64,000 bases of DNA from an uncultured Chloroflexia bacterium (GTDB taxonomy: Bacteria; Chloroflexota; Limnocylindria; Limnocylindrales; CSP1-4): positions 350,850 through 414,849 of the forward strand of contig CAWEJO010000004.1 in assembly GCA_963809375.1 (NCBI GenBank), written 5' to 3'. Each line of letters starts with the position of its first letter. The first letter of the stretch is position 1. Position numbers and translations under genes: made by a program. The notes beneath the pieces were generated by a model. That model made no database searches, was not told where the DNA came from, and saw only the letters and a program-made list of their open reading frames with translations. Positions 50,260 through 61,530 of the stretch are shown here, in pieces.

Positions 50260-53183
50260 CTACCCCGTGCCCTGCACGCCGGCGGCGATCCCGGAGATCG
50301 TCTGCCCGACGAGCCGATCGAGGTCGTCGCGTGTCGGGTCGTCGGGCGCAAGCGCCGCGAGACGCCGCAGCAGCAGGACCTGGAGCTCCGACAGGGGGTC
50401 GAGGTAGGGCGCCCGCAGCACCACCGAGCGCTGCTGCTCGGGGACGCCGTCGAGCAGCGCGTCGCGACCGAGCAGCCGGAGCAGGTGGCGGGTCGAGCGC
50501 TCAAGCTCGGCGACGATGATCTCGCCGATCCGGGTCCCGTCCTCGCCCGCAAGGGCGAGATGGCGCCGACCGGCTGACGGATCGCTGCGCGCAAGGGCGA
50601 TCTCGGCGTTCTGGAGGAGGACCCGGAAGAAGAGCCACCCGTCCGCCATCGTGCGCAGGAGGGCGACCCCGGCCGGCCCATGCAAGCGCTCGTATGCCTC
50701 GAGCGCCGAGCCCAGCCCATACCAGCCCGGAATCGGGAGGCGGACCTGGGTCCACGAGAAGACCCACGGGATCGCCCGGAGCGCGGCGATGGCGGGCGGT
50801 GGGGCGCTGCCCGGGCCCCGCTCCCCGGCGCCGCGAGCCGACGGCCGCGACCCGAGGTTGAGGTTCGTGATCTGGACGATCGGGGTCGCCGTCGCGAAGA
50901 CCCGTTCGAACGCCGGATCCTCCCAGACGAGCGCCCGATACGCGGCGCGAGCCGACTCCGCAAGCTCGTCCATCGCTGCCGACCAGGCCGGAGAGGCCAT
51001 GCCCCGGCGCCCGGCCACGGACGCGGACCCGACACCCTCCGCGACGGCGGTGAGGAACGTGGCCGAGGCCGCCTGCTCGAGGCCGCGCAGGGCGAGGACC
51101 GGGTTCGCGTAGCGGGCCGCGATGACCTCGCCCTGCTCGGTCAGCTTGAGCCGGCCGCTCACGGAACCCCGGGGAGCGGCGAGGACCGCGCGATGCGCCG
51201 GGCCGCCGCCACGGCCCACCGCTCCCCCGCGGCCGTGGAAGATCGTCAGCTCGACGCCGTCGCGGCGCGCCGTCGACGCGAGGTCCTCCTGCGCCCGGTG
51301 GAGCAGCCAGTTCGCCGCCAGGTAGCCCGACTCCTTGTTCGAATCGGAGTAGCCCAGCATCACCTCCTGGCGGTCGCCGCGCGACCGCAGGTGGTCGCGG
51401 TACGCCGGGTCGGCGAGCAGCGCCGAGAAGATCGCTCCCGCTCCTTCGAGCGCGTCGGCCGATTCGAAGAGCGGCACGACGTCGAGGTTCGGCGTGGCCG
51501 GGCCGAAGCCGGCCGTCGCCGTGGCCGCGATCTCGGTCGAGCCCGCGAGCTCGGCGAGGCGGAGCACGAGCGCCACGTCCCGCGGGCCGGAGGTGAAGCT
51601 GATGACGTAGCGTCGGATCGCCTCCTCGCCGACCCGGCGCTGGAGCGCCGCCAGCGCCCGGAACGTGGCGAGCACCTCTCCGGCGGTCACGCCGGGAGCC
51701 ACCTCGCAGGCTGGCTCGGGTGGCGCGGCTGTGAGGGCGTCGAAGGCAGCCCGATGGACCGCGCTGTGCTGGCGGACCTCGAGCGAGGCGAGGTGGAACC
51801 CGAACGTCTCGACCTGCCAGCGGAAGTCCTGGAGCGCGCCGTAGGCGATCCGCTCGAGACCTTCGCCCGCCAGCGCGTCGCGCAGCTCGGTCAGCTCGTC
51901 CGAGCAGCTCCTCCGGCGAGGCGTACCGGCCGACCTGCGCGCCCGGCCGCGACGCCAGGTGGGCGCGCGTCCGGCGGATCCGCTCGGCGATGCCGCCCAG
52001 GCGCCGGCGGTACGGCTCGTGGGGGAAGCGGTCGTCGAGGTCGCGGACCGTCTCGGGCAGCTCCGCGTGGTCACGGGCGAGGCGCTTGACGATCGCCGGC
52101 GGCAGGCCTGAGCCAGGCGCCGGGCGGGCCGAGATCGTGCTCATCAGGCGCACGGCGACCGCCTCGTACCCGTGCAGCAGGTGGTCGGCGTAGATGCGCT
52201 GGCCCTCGACCGTGGTCTCGGCCGTGACGTACGGGTGGCCGTCGCGGTCGCTGCCGATCCAGCTGCCCCAGCGCAGGAACGCCGGCACCCGCGGCGGCCG
52301 GGTCCCGCTCCGGCCGTGATCGGCAGCCAGCCCGCGTTCGACGACTGGACGCGGCGGTTCGACGGCGAAGTTCGGCTGCGAACGGCAGCGAGCCCGCCGA
52401 CGCTCCGCCGACGAGATCGAGGGCCGCGTCGGCCGCCCGGTAGAGCTGTGGCGTCGCGGTGAAGATCGTCGCGTCGAAGAACACCATCGCGGTCCGGATC
52501 TCGTCGATCGGCGTGGGACGCGCCTGGCGCAGGTCGGCCGTTCGCCACAGGATCGTGATCTCCTCGCGCAGGCGCCGGCGGAGCGTCATGTCGTCGTCCG
52601 GCGTGAGGCGCCGGTCGTCGAGGGCATCGAGCAGGCCGTAGATGCGGCGCAGGGCGAGAAGGACCGTCCGGCGGCGCGCCTCGGTCGGGTGGGCAGTCAG
52701 CACGGGCGCGATCCGGAGGCCGCGGAAGGCGGCTTCGAGCTCTTCGGCTGCGGCGCCTTCGGCCGCCAGGCGGGCGATGACCTCCCCGAACGTGTCGTCG
52801 ATGGGGCCGCGATTGCCCGCCCGGGCGCGGCGCCGCAGCGAGCGGACGCGGTCCTTCTCCTCGGCGAGGTTGACGAGCTGGAAGTACGTGCTGAAGGCGC
52901 GGGCGAGGACCGCGATCCTGCCGCTGTCGAGCGCCGCCAGGTCCGCGTCCAGGGCGGCACGCAGGTGGGGGTCGGGCGCGCGCCGGAGTGCGATCGTGCG
53001 GCGCCGAACGCGCTCGACGAGATCGAGCGCCGCCGCCCCTTCCTGCTCCGCGATCACCTGGCCGAGGAGGGCGCCGAGCAGGCGGACCTCGAGGGCGAGG
53101 GGGTCGCGAGCCCGGCCCGTCCCGACCGACCGCGGCTCGGCACGGACCGCCGGGCTGGCGGCGCCGGCCCGCGGCCGCTTCAT
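50260..53183 (-). CDS. ppc: phosphoenolpyruvate carboxylase; reading frame broken at least twice
   Basis: N-terminal block LTAHPTEARRRTV (52071..54521 frame), middle block ..WIGSDRDGHPYVTAETT.. (50501..52288 frame), and C-terminal blocks MLGYSDSNKESGY, FHGRGGAVGRGGGP and ..GIAAGVQGTG stop (50260..52074 frame). ATG 53183 overlaps the mutY stop (ATGA). Confidence 0.75.
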
Positions 53184-54164
53184 CGATCGCTCCCGGGAAG
53201 GCGGGCAGCGCCACCGGGTGCGAGGTCCGCCATCCCCTCCCCCGCGAGTGCGTGGAGCGCGGCGAGCACCGCGGGGAGGTCGTGGCTGCCGATCGGGCCG
53301 TCGAACGTCGTCCATTCGCCGCCCGACGCGTCGCGGAGGCGCTCGACGATCCGGCCCCGGAGCCAGCGCCGCGTCTCCTCGAACCGGATGGGCGATCGCC
53401 GATCCGTGGGCGGAAGGCCCGCCTGCCGAGCGGGCGGAGAGCCCGCATCCCCGGGCTCGGCCGGTCGCTCGGGGTCGGGCGATGTGGCCGCGGCGTGCGC
53501 GCACCAGGCAGCGGCCGGGCAGCCGTCGCACCGCGGCGCAGCAGGCGCGCAGACGGTGGCGCCGAGGTCCATCAGGGCGTGCGTCCAGGCGCCCGGCCGG
53601 GCCGGGTCGACGAGCGCGTCGGCGGCCGCCTGGAACGCGGCGGGCGATGCCGGCAACGGGCCCAGGACCCGTCCCACGACCCGCCGCACATTGACGTCGA
53701 CCGGCGCGACGGCGGCCCCGAACGCGATCGCCGCGACGGCCCGCGCCGTGTACGGCCCGATCCCTGGCAGTGCCGCCAGCCTCGGCGAGGGCGCTGGGAA
53801 CCTGGCCGCCCGACGCCGAGATCTCCCGGGCGGCGCGCTGGAGTGCGAGCACCCGGCGGTTGTATCCGAGGCCGCGCCACGCCCGGATCGCCGCCGCAGG
53901 CGGGGCGGCGGCGAGCGCCGCCGGCGTCGGGTACTCGGCCATGAACGCGGGCCAGCGCTCCTCCACCCGGGCGACCTGCGTCTGCTGGGCCATCACCTCC
54001 GACACCAGCACGCCCCAGGGGTCGGGGCGGCTCTCATCCTGCGCCCGGAACCGCAGCCGGCGCCCGTCGCGCTCGAACCAGGCGAGCACCGCGGCGCGGA
54101 ACGCACGGAGATCGCCCTCGTCGGCGGGCAATGTGCTGCGCTGGGTCGGCGCGGCTGCAGGCAC
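53180..54164 (-). CDS. mutY: A/G-specific adenine DNA glycosylase-like (HhH-GPD + 4Fe-4S, MutY/Nth superfamily); one frame interruption
   Basis: HhH-GPD blocks WGVLVSEVMAQQTQVARV...WRGLGYNRRVLALQRAA. The FeS loop CAPAAPRCDGCPAAAWC lies in the 53180..53689 frame. The start is taken as GTG ~54164 (VPAAAPTQRSTLPADEGDLRAF), with no clear RBS. Confidence 0.55.
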
Positions 54165-54333
54165 GCGCGAAGGATAGCCGGGAGCGCGGCGCGGGCAGGA
54201 ATCGGCGGTCAAGGCGGGCAGGAATTGGCGGTCAGGGCGACCCGGCCTGGCGGGCACGAAGGCGGCGCCCCGGCAGCCTCCAGGTCGGCGGCTCGTCCGT
54301 CGGCCGATCTTCGGCGGCCCCGCCTCCGCGGGC

Positions 54334-54696
54334 CTAGCGCTTGGGCGGGATCGAGAGGACGGTGCCGATCTTGAGCGCGGTCGCCTTGACTTTCGGGTTG
54401 GCGGCCTGGAGCGCTTCGACCGTGATCCCGTACTTCTTGGCGATCGAGTAGAAGGTGTCGTTCTTCTTGACCTTGTACGACTTGGTCCCCGCAGGCTTCT
54501 TGGTCGGCGCAGGCGTGACATCCGGACTCGAAGATGCCGACGGCGTCTCGGCCGGGCTGGCGCTCGGCGGCGCGTCGGACGGCGCCAGGATGTCGGTCGG
54601 GGCCGCCGTCAGGGTCGGTGCGGGGGTGGGACTCGCGCTGCTGCCGCACCCGGCGACGAGGATGGCCCCCACGAGCGCAAGTGCGAGTCGCCGCAT
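54334..54696 (-). CDS. LysM-domain lipoprotein
   Basis: GGAGGG RBS and lipoprotein signal MRRLALALVGAILVAGCGSS. A Pro/Ser/Ala linker precedes the C-terminal LysM (YKVKKNDTFYSIAKKYGITVEALQAANPKV..IGTVLSIP). Confidence 0.65.
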   Translation of the reverse strand: MRRLALALVGAILVAGCGSSASPTPAPTLTAAPTDILAPSDAPPSASPAETPSASSSPDVTPAPTKKPAGTKSYKVKKNDTFYSIAKKYGITVEALQAANPKVKATALKIGTVLSIPPKR

Positions 54697-54861
54697 GCTT
54701 CCCTCCTCGGATCCGGCCGGCCGCCGAGTGCGGATTGCTGCCCTCGCGAATCGTAGCGCGCCTGGACGGGTCGCGGGTATGACGGGCGCACGGTTTCGAA
54801 TGTCACGCCCGGAAATCACAGGCTGCTGCGCGACCGTCACGCGCGACCCGTCGACGGACCG

Positions 54862-57547
54862 TCACTTGTAGATGTACGAGACCGAGACGGTGTCGAGGTC
54901 CTGTGACACGGCGAACGTCACCACGAGGCGTGGCGTCTCGCCGGCGCCCGGCACCACGCGGTCAGGGACCGCGAAGCTCCCCGACCCGGATCTTCGATGG
55001 GACCATCGTACCGGCCGCCTCATCGCAGCCGATGGAGACGTCCACGATCCGGACCGACGGCGGATTGGGCACCGCCGGCCCGCTCGAAGCACCTTCGACG
55101 CCGGAGCCGTTCACGGCGGAGACGTTCAGCCAGCCGTCCTCCGGGCCGAGCTGGTGCATGCCGGATCCGCAGAACTCGTTCGCCCGGGAGTCGAAGTCGA
55201 GGGTCGCCTTGAGCGACCCCGACACGTCCACCTCCGTCCCGGGCGTCAGGCGATCGGGGATCTGCCAGGTCGCATCGAGCCGGGCGTGCGCGGCCGGCAC
55301 CGAGTTCTCCACCGCCCAGGTGGTGACGATCCCCCCGCGCCCATCCCCATCCCAGGACCACGTGTAGTCCTGGTTCACGGAGATGCCGGTGTGCTTGACC
55401 TGCACATCGGCCAGCTCCCAGTCCGACGATTCGCCACTCGTCACCGTCAGCCGGACGAAGTCCACGTACTGCCACCCGGCGCCGGCCCGGTTGCCGAACT
55501 CGGAGATGCCGAGCGGGTTCGCGCCGTCGGCGAGGTCGATCGTCTGCTTCCCGGAGAACGGCCCGACCGGCGTCGCCGAGGTGCCCGGGTAGACCCGCAT
55601 GGTCACCGAGTCGTGCGCCGCGGGATCGCGGAGCCGGATCGTCAGCTTCTTGTCGGGCGTCTGGTAGCCGTCCACGAGGGGCACCCAGACCTCCTTGCCC
55701 GCGGCGTCCTTGCCCGCCAGCGCCTCGACGACGAAGCCCGGGAACGTCCCGTCGCCGACGGTGCCCGCGTCGAACTCCGCCCAGCGCTGGCCGATGCGTC
55801 CCCAGTCGGCGATCGCGCTCTTGGCCGAATACAGGAGCTGCTCATAGGCGACCGCCCCGTCCTGCGCGATGCTCGCGGCGTTGGTCCCCGACGAGTACGT
55901 CAGCAGGTCCTGGGTGGCGTCATCCCAGCGGATCGTCCGAAGCCGGCCAGGATAGTTCGGGTCCGCGACGAAGATGCGGTCGCGGGTGACCCGGTAGGCC
56001 GTGATCGCGTGGCCGCTCCCGCCGTTGGCGTCGTAGATGAGGAGCTGCTGGGGCTCGCCCGTGACCGCCATCGCGTAGCGGAGCGCCATCCGGTGGATCG
56101 CGTCGGGGGTCTTCTCGCTGTTCTCGAAGAGCTTGGCGGCCCAGCTGTCGAAGTCCGTGTCGTGCTGGACCATCGAAGCCAGGCGATAGCCGTCCGAGTC
56201 GTCGACCCAGAGCGCCGGCGTCGGCGTGCCGCCGTTGTCGTCATAGGTGCCGAAGAGCGACGCCGCCCCGATCGCCCGGCGACGCTCGGTGTAGTAGTAC
56301 ATCGCGCTGACGGCCTGGCCGCTGCAGTGGCCGCCGGGTGCGATGATCGAGCCGCGGTTGGTGAACTGCCAGTCGTCGACGCCCGGCCGGAAGCCCGAAT
56401 CGACCGTGTCGGGGAGGCCGCCGGTGGCGATCGCGGGCAGCAGACCCGAGAAGTGCCGCGTCGCGATCGTGATCCCGGTCGCGTCGACCGCCACGGTCGG
56501 CAGGCCCTCGAGGCGACCGGTCACCTCGTCGTAGTAGAAGACCCCCGCGACCGCGCCATCCGGGATCGTGGCCGGGATCCGCAGCCGCAGCAGGCCGTCG
56601 GCATAGCCACCGCCGTCGTCGATCGTGACGAGCGGGCCCGCCGGCGTGACCAGCGGCCCGTAGTCGCTGCCGGTCACCGGTCGGGACGAGATCGTGACGG
56701 TTCGGTCGCCCGCGAACGCGCCCGCCGGCACCTCGAGACGGAGGCCGTCGAGCGGTTCGCCGGGACGGGAGACGGCGATGGTCCCGCCGGCGGCGCCGAT
56801 CGCCTGGGCTGCCAGCTGCGTCGCCGGCCCGAGCGAGAGCTTCCCGCTGACCGGCGTCGGCTGCTCGGGCGCCGGGACGTCGCCGTCCTCCACGATCGGT
56901 GGGACGAGCCCGGTCTCGTCGGCGAAGCCGTCGACGAGTGGCGGCGTCGTGAGCCCGGACGCGGGAGCGCCATCGGTGGCTGCCGTGGAGGCCGTCGGAG
57001 CGGCCGGACTCGGCGCGCCGGCGGGCCCGCCGGCCGGGGCGGCAGCGTCGTCGCGGGGCCGCAGGATCAGGCCCGCCCCGACACCCGCGGCAATGATCGC
57101 GAACGAGGCGATCAGCGCCAGGAGGATCACTGAGGCACCCGGCCGGCGGCGATCGACCCGGGTCGTCGCGGGGGCCATGGCTCGCACGGACTGGGTCGGC
57201 GGCGGCTCGGGCGTGAAGGGCGGCGCCGGAACTGGCGAGAGCGGCGGCGGGACCGCGTGCAGGGTCGCGGGCGAGACCGCGTGGAGGGTCGCGGCCGGGA
57301 CCGCGGGTTGCTGGGGCGCCCGGACCGCATTCAGGGTCGGCGGCCCGACCGCGGGCTGCGTCGGCGCGGGCCACACGGCGGCGGGCTCGGGCGCTTGGGG
57401 CGCCGGCGTGCTGGGGAACGCCCCGGCGGAGGGCGCGGACGTCGTCGGGACGCGTTCGATCGGCCTGCCGCATCGGCCGCAGAACGCGGCGGTCGGGCTG
57501 ACGGGCCCACCGCACCAGGGACACGCGCCGAACAGACCTGGCTCCAC
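54862..57547 (-). CDS. large membrane-anchored protein: N-terminal zinc ribbon, Pro-rich segment, single TM, ~700-aa extracytoplasmic region of unrecognised family; frame slip near 54960
   Basis: GGAGG is 5 nt before the GTG start. The zinc ribbon is MEPGLFGACPWCGGPVSPTAAFCGRCGRPI, and the TM is ASVILLALIASFAIIAAGVGAGLIL. The beta-rich C-terminus ..RVVPGAGETPRLVVTFAVSQDLDTVSVSYIYK sits in the +1 frame and ends at 54862. Confidence 0.5.
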
Positions 57548-57698
57548 AGCTGCCTCCGATCACGGGTGCGCTCCGCGTCACCGGGACGCCGGTGTCAGCT
57601 TCCCCGTAGCAGACCGTGCGATGACCGGGGCGGCAAGGGCCGTCCGTCACGATCCGCGCCGAGTCGCCTCTTCGCGAGCCTCGCGGCGGGTAGCCCGG

Positions 57699-58445
57699 TC
57701 AGGCATCGTCGTCGATGCCGAGCAGCTTCGGCAGCAGCTCGCCGGCGCGACCCTGGGCGACGCGGTCGAACGCACCGGCGTTGTCGGCGGCGTCGAGATT
57801 CACGAGCCACGTCTCCGCGCCGCGCAGCGCGGCGAGCTCGACGTAGCCGGCCGCGGGCCAGACCGCGCCCGACGTGCCGACCGCGATGAAGAGCCAGCGA
57901 TCGCCCGACCGGCCGGCCTCGAGCATGAACCTCTCGACGCGGCGCGTGTCGCCCGCCTCGAGCGGTTCGCCGAACCAGACGATGTCCGGGCGCTGCGTGG
58001 CGCCGCAGCGCGGGCACACGGGCAGCGGCGGCTCGACCGGGAAGCGCCGATCCTCGAACGGTGGCGCCAGGCAGCGCGAGCACCGGGTCCGCCAGAGGCT
58101 GCCGTGGATCTCGACGAGACGCTCACTGCCGGCCGCGCGGTGGAGGCCGTCGACGTTCTGGGTCGCGAGCAGGAACCGGTCGCCGAGCCGCCGCTCGAGC
58201 GCGGCGAGCGCGTGGTGCGCGAGGTTCGGCCGGACCCGGGCCGCCTCCTCCCGCCGCATCGAGTAGAAGCGCCAGACGAGCGCGGGATCGGCCGCGAACC
58301 CTTCGGGCGTCGCGACGCGATCGACGGGATGGCCCGCCCACAGGCCACCGCCGCCGCGGAACGTCGCGAGCCCGCTCTCGGCGGAGATTCCCGCGCCCGT
58401 GAGCACGAGCACCCGGGTCCGCTCGTCGATCCGTGGCCGCTGCAC
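57699..58445 (-). CDS. cobB: NAD-dependent protein deacylase, Sir2 family (CobB-like)
   Basis: Intact 248-aa ORF with VLTGAGISAESGLATFRG, QNVDGLH and the zinc tetrad CSRC...CPRC. Confidence 0.8.
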   Translation of the reverse strand: MQRPRIDERTRVLVLTGAGISAESGLATFRGGGGLWAGHPVDRVATPEGFAADPALVWRFYSMRREEAARVRPNLAHHALAALERRLGDRFLLATQNVDGLHRAAGSERLVEIHGSLWRTRCSRCLAPPFEDRRFPVEPPLPVCPRCGATQRPDIVWFGEPLEAGDTRRVERFMLEAGRSGDRWLFIAVGTSGAVWPAAGYVELAALRGAETWLVNLDAADNAGAFDRVAQGRAGELLPKLLGIDDDA

Positions 58446-58490
58446 GGGTCGACGGGTCTCTACCTGCCGAGGAACCGGCCTGCCGAGGAG

Positions 58491-59949
58491 CTACCTGCCG
58501 ATGTTCGCCATGACGTGCTTGACGATCGTGTAGTCCTCGAGCGCATAGGCGGACTGGTCCTTGCCCCAGCCGCTCTCCTTGAACCCGCCGTGCGGCATCT
58601 CGGAGACCAGCGTGAAGTGCTCGTTGATCCAGACGGTCCCGAACTGGATCGCCTTCGCGACCCGGAACGCCCGGCCGAGATCCGCCGTGAAGACCGACGC
58701 GGCGAGGCCGAACCGGACGTCGTTCGCCCAGGCGATCGCCTGCGCCTCGTCGCTGAAGCGCTGGACCGTGACGACCGGCCCGAACACCTCGTCCTGGACG
58801 ATCTCGGACTTCTGGTCGGGGCCCGCGATGACCGTCGGCTCGTAGTAGTTGCCGGGACGTTCGACCCGATGCCCCCCGACCACGACCTCGGCGCCGCCTC
58901 GGGCGCGGTCGACCATGCCCTCGACCTTGTCGACCTGGCCGCGCGCGATCAGCGAGCCGAGGTCGAACGTGCCTTCGGCCGGGTCGCCGAAGGTGATCTG
59001 CCTGACTTGGTCGGAGAGCGTGGCGACGAACCGGTCGTAGACCGCCGGCGCCGCCATGATGCGCGTCGCCGCCGTGCAGTCCTGGCCGTAGTTCCAGTAG
59101 CCGAAGTAGCGGATCTGCTCGGCCACGAAGTCGAGGTCGGCGTCTTCGAACACGATCACCGGCGCCTTGCCGCCGAGCTCGAGGTGGAGCCGCTTGACCG
59201 TGTCCGAGGCCAGGCGCGCGATCTTCTTGCCGGTGTCGGTGTCGCCGGTGACCGAGATCATGCCGATCCCCGGGTGGGCGACCATCGCGGTCCCGGTCTC
59301 GTCGCCGGTGCCGGTGATGACGTTGAGGACGCCCGGCGGGAGGATCTCCGACGCGATCTCGGCGAGCAGCAGGGCCGTCAGCGGAGTCCGGGCGGAAGGC
59401 TTGAGGACGACCGTGTTGCCGGTCGCGAGCGCCGGGCCGACCTTCCAGCCGGCCATCATGATCGGGTAGTTCCAGGGCGCGATCGACCCGACGACCCCGA
59501 TCGGGTCGCGCCGGATCATCGAGAGGTGGCCGGCCAGGTACTCGTTTGCGGCCTTGCCCTCCATCACCCGGGCGGCCCCGGCGAAGAAGCGGAGGTTGTC
59601 GACGACGACCGGCACCTCCTCGATGGCGGCCTGGGTCGGCTTGCCGGCGTTGCGGGATTCGAGCCGGCCGATCTCGTCCGCCCGCGCCTCGATCGCGTCG
59701 GCGAGCTTGAGGAGCAGGAGGCTGCGCTCGGCCGGCGTCGTCGCGCCCCACGTCTCGAACGCGGCGGACGCGGCCCGCACCGCGCGGTCGACGTCCTCGG
59801 GGCCGCTCTTCGGGACCCGGGCGATGACCCGGCCGTTGGCTGGGTTCTCGACGTCGATCGTCTCGCCCGAAGCGGCATCGACCCACGCGCCGCCGATGAG
59901 CTGCTGCCTGGTCTCGACCGCGGAGAGCGTGTCGGTCATGGTCATGCCT
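58491..59949 (-). CDS. NAD(P)-dependent aldehyde dehydrogenase
   Basis: Intact reading with the catalytic-Cys region FGYWNYGQDCTAATR, the Glu motif LELGGKAP and the NAD-binding GSIAPWNYP. The start was chosen at the second ATG (MTDTLS..), which has AGGAGG 7 nt upstream. Confidence 0.85.
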
Positions 59950-60104
59950 CCTGCGCGTGCCCGGTGCGGGCGCCGAACGTCGTCGTGGCCTCCCATGCTA
60001 GCCACGCCGTCGATGCCGCCTGCGGCGGGCGCACGGGGCGGGACTCGCCGGGCGGATGACGCGGCGGCACGTACGGCGCATGTCGCCGGGGCGAGCGGGG
60101 TGTC

Positions 60105-60189
60105 GCCTCCGCGACGGCATCAGGCGGCGGGCTCGGCCCCGCCCGGTGCCGCCTCCGCGAAGGCATCGGGTGGCCGGCTCGGCCCCGCC
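60105..60189. repeat. imperfect 39-bp direct repeat x2 (GCCTCCGCGAMGGCATCRGGYGGCSGGCTCGGCCCCGCC) separated by 7 bp
   Basis: Visible in the 240-bp divergent intergenic region between the aldehyde dehydrogenase (minus) and HDOD (plus) genes; ~35/39 identical. Confidence 0.5.
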
Positions 60190-60245
60190 TTCGCCGGTTC
60201 CGAGCGCCCATGGAGCGGCGCCCCGCGAGGACGTATCCTTCGCCA

Positions 60246-61109
60246 ATGACCTCCGGGAACCCCGCCCTTCAACGTGCCCGCGACATCGTGCGGGCGGCCC
60301 ACACGCTCGGCCCGTCGCCCAGCCTGCTCCGGATCGAGGAGCAGCTTCGATCGGGCGACGCCAACGCCCGCCAGCTGGCCCGCCTGATCGAGGGCTCGCC
60401 GGCGCTCGCGGCCCGCGTGCTCCGGATGGCCAACTCGGCCTTCTACGCGCCGCTCGAACCGGTCGTCACGCTCAACCGGGCCGTCGCGATGCTCGGCGAC
60501 ACCGTGCTCCGCCAGCTCGTCCTGACCTCGCTCGTGATGGCCCGGGGGGCCGGCCGGCGCAACGCGCGCCAGGCGCTCGCGGCCGCCCGACTGACCAGCG
60601 ACGCCGTCCGCGCGGCGGTCGTCGCGCGCTCGCTGGCGGTGAAGACGAAGTCGGCGGCAGCCGACGAGGCGTTCGCCGCCGGGCTGCTCCACGACCTCGG
60701 CCACGTCTACCTGCTCGACTCGGTGGGCGACGCCTACGCCGAATACCTGCTCAGCGCCGGCACCTCGATCGGCGACATCGAGCGCGAGATGGAGCTTGCG
60801 GCGACCAGCCACCAGGAGGTCGGCGCCGTCTTCGCGTATGAATGGAACCTTCCCTCGTCGGTCGCGGGCGTCCTCTGGGAGCACCACTGCCCGCCCGGGA
60901 CGAGCCTCGTCGGGCTTGTCGCGACGGCGGACGTGCTGATCGGCGACTTCGCGTCGCACCAGCCCGACGCCGCCCACGACGCCCAGTCGACCGCCGACGA
61001 GGCGCTGACCGCCGTGGGCTTCACCCGCGAGGCGTGGGAGGAGATGCTCCCCCGGGTTCGCGACGACATCTCGGAGCTGCTGACGGTCTTCGATCTCACG
61101 GAGGGCTGA
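60246..61109 (+). CDS. HDOD-domain signalling protein
   Basis: The core LRIEEQLRSGDANARQLARLIEGSPALAARVLRMANSAFYAPLEPVVTLNRAVAMLGDTVLRQLVL...AGLLHDLGHVYL matches HDOD (PF08668). The start MTSGNP at 60246 is tentative (the track ORF begins at 60210). Confidence 0.6.
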   Translation: MTSGNPALQRARDIVRAAHTLGPSPSLLRIEEQLRSGDANARQLARLIEGSPALAARVLRMANSAFYAPLEPVVTLNRAVAMLGDTVLRQLVLTSLVMARGAGRRNARQALAAARLTSDAVRAAVVARSLAVKTKSAAADEAFAAGLLHDLGHVYLLDSVGDAYAEYLLSAGTSIGDIEREMELAATSHQEVGAVFAYEWNLPSSVAGVLWEHHCPPGTSLVGLVATADVLIGDFASHQPDAAHDAQSTADEALTAVGFTREAWEEMLPRVRDDISELLTVFDLTEG

Positions 61110-61111
61110 GC

Positions 61112-61516
61112 ATGGCGAACCAGTTCGTGATCGAGCTGCCGAACCGGCCGGGCTCGCTCGCCGATCTCTCGGAGCAGCTGGCGTCCCGCGGCGTCGACCT
61201 GCGCGCCATCGGCGGCGGCGGCATCGGCGACAGCGCGCACCTGATCTTCAAGACGTCGGACGACCCGACGACGCGGGCGGTCCTCGAGGCGGGCGACTAC
61301 CGGTTCATCGAAGGCGAATCGCTGCTCGTGGAGGTCAACGACTCCCCGGGCGGAATGGCCCGCGTCACGCGCCGGCTCGCCGATGCCGGGATCAACATCT
61401 ACGGCCACCTGTTCATCGGGCGGTGGGGCGACCAGGCGCAGTTCAGCTTCGTCGTGAGCGACATCGACGGGGCCCGGAAGGCGCTCGAAGGGCTGAGCTC
61501 GATCCAGACGGGCTGA
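61112..61516 (+). CDS. ACT-domain protein
   Basis: GGAGGG RBS. MANQFVIELPNRPGSLADLSEQLASRGVDLRAIGGGG...LLVEVNDSPGGMARVTRRLADAGINIYG suggests two ACT-like halves. The start lies 3 nt after the HDOD stop. Confidence 0.6.
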   Translation: MANQFVIELPNRPGSLADLSEQLASRGVDLRAIGGGGIGDSAHLIFKTSDDPTTRAVLEAGDYRFIEGESLLVEVNDSPGGMARVTRRLADAGINIYGHLFIGRWGDQAQFSFVVSDIDGARKALEGLSSIQTG

Positions 61517-61530
61517 CCCGGTCCGGCGGG

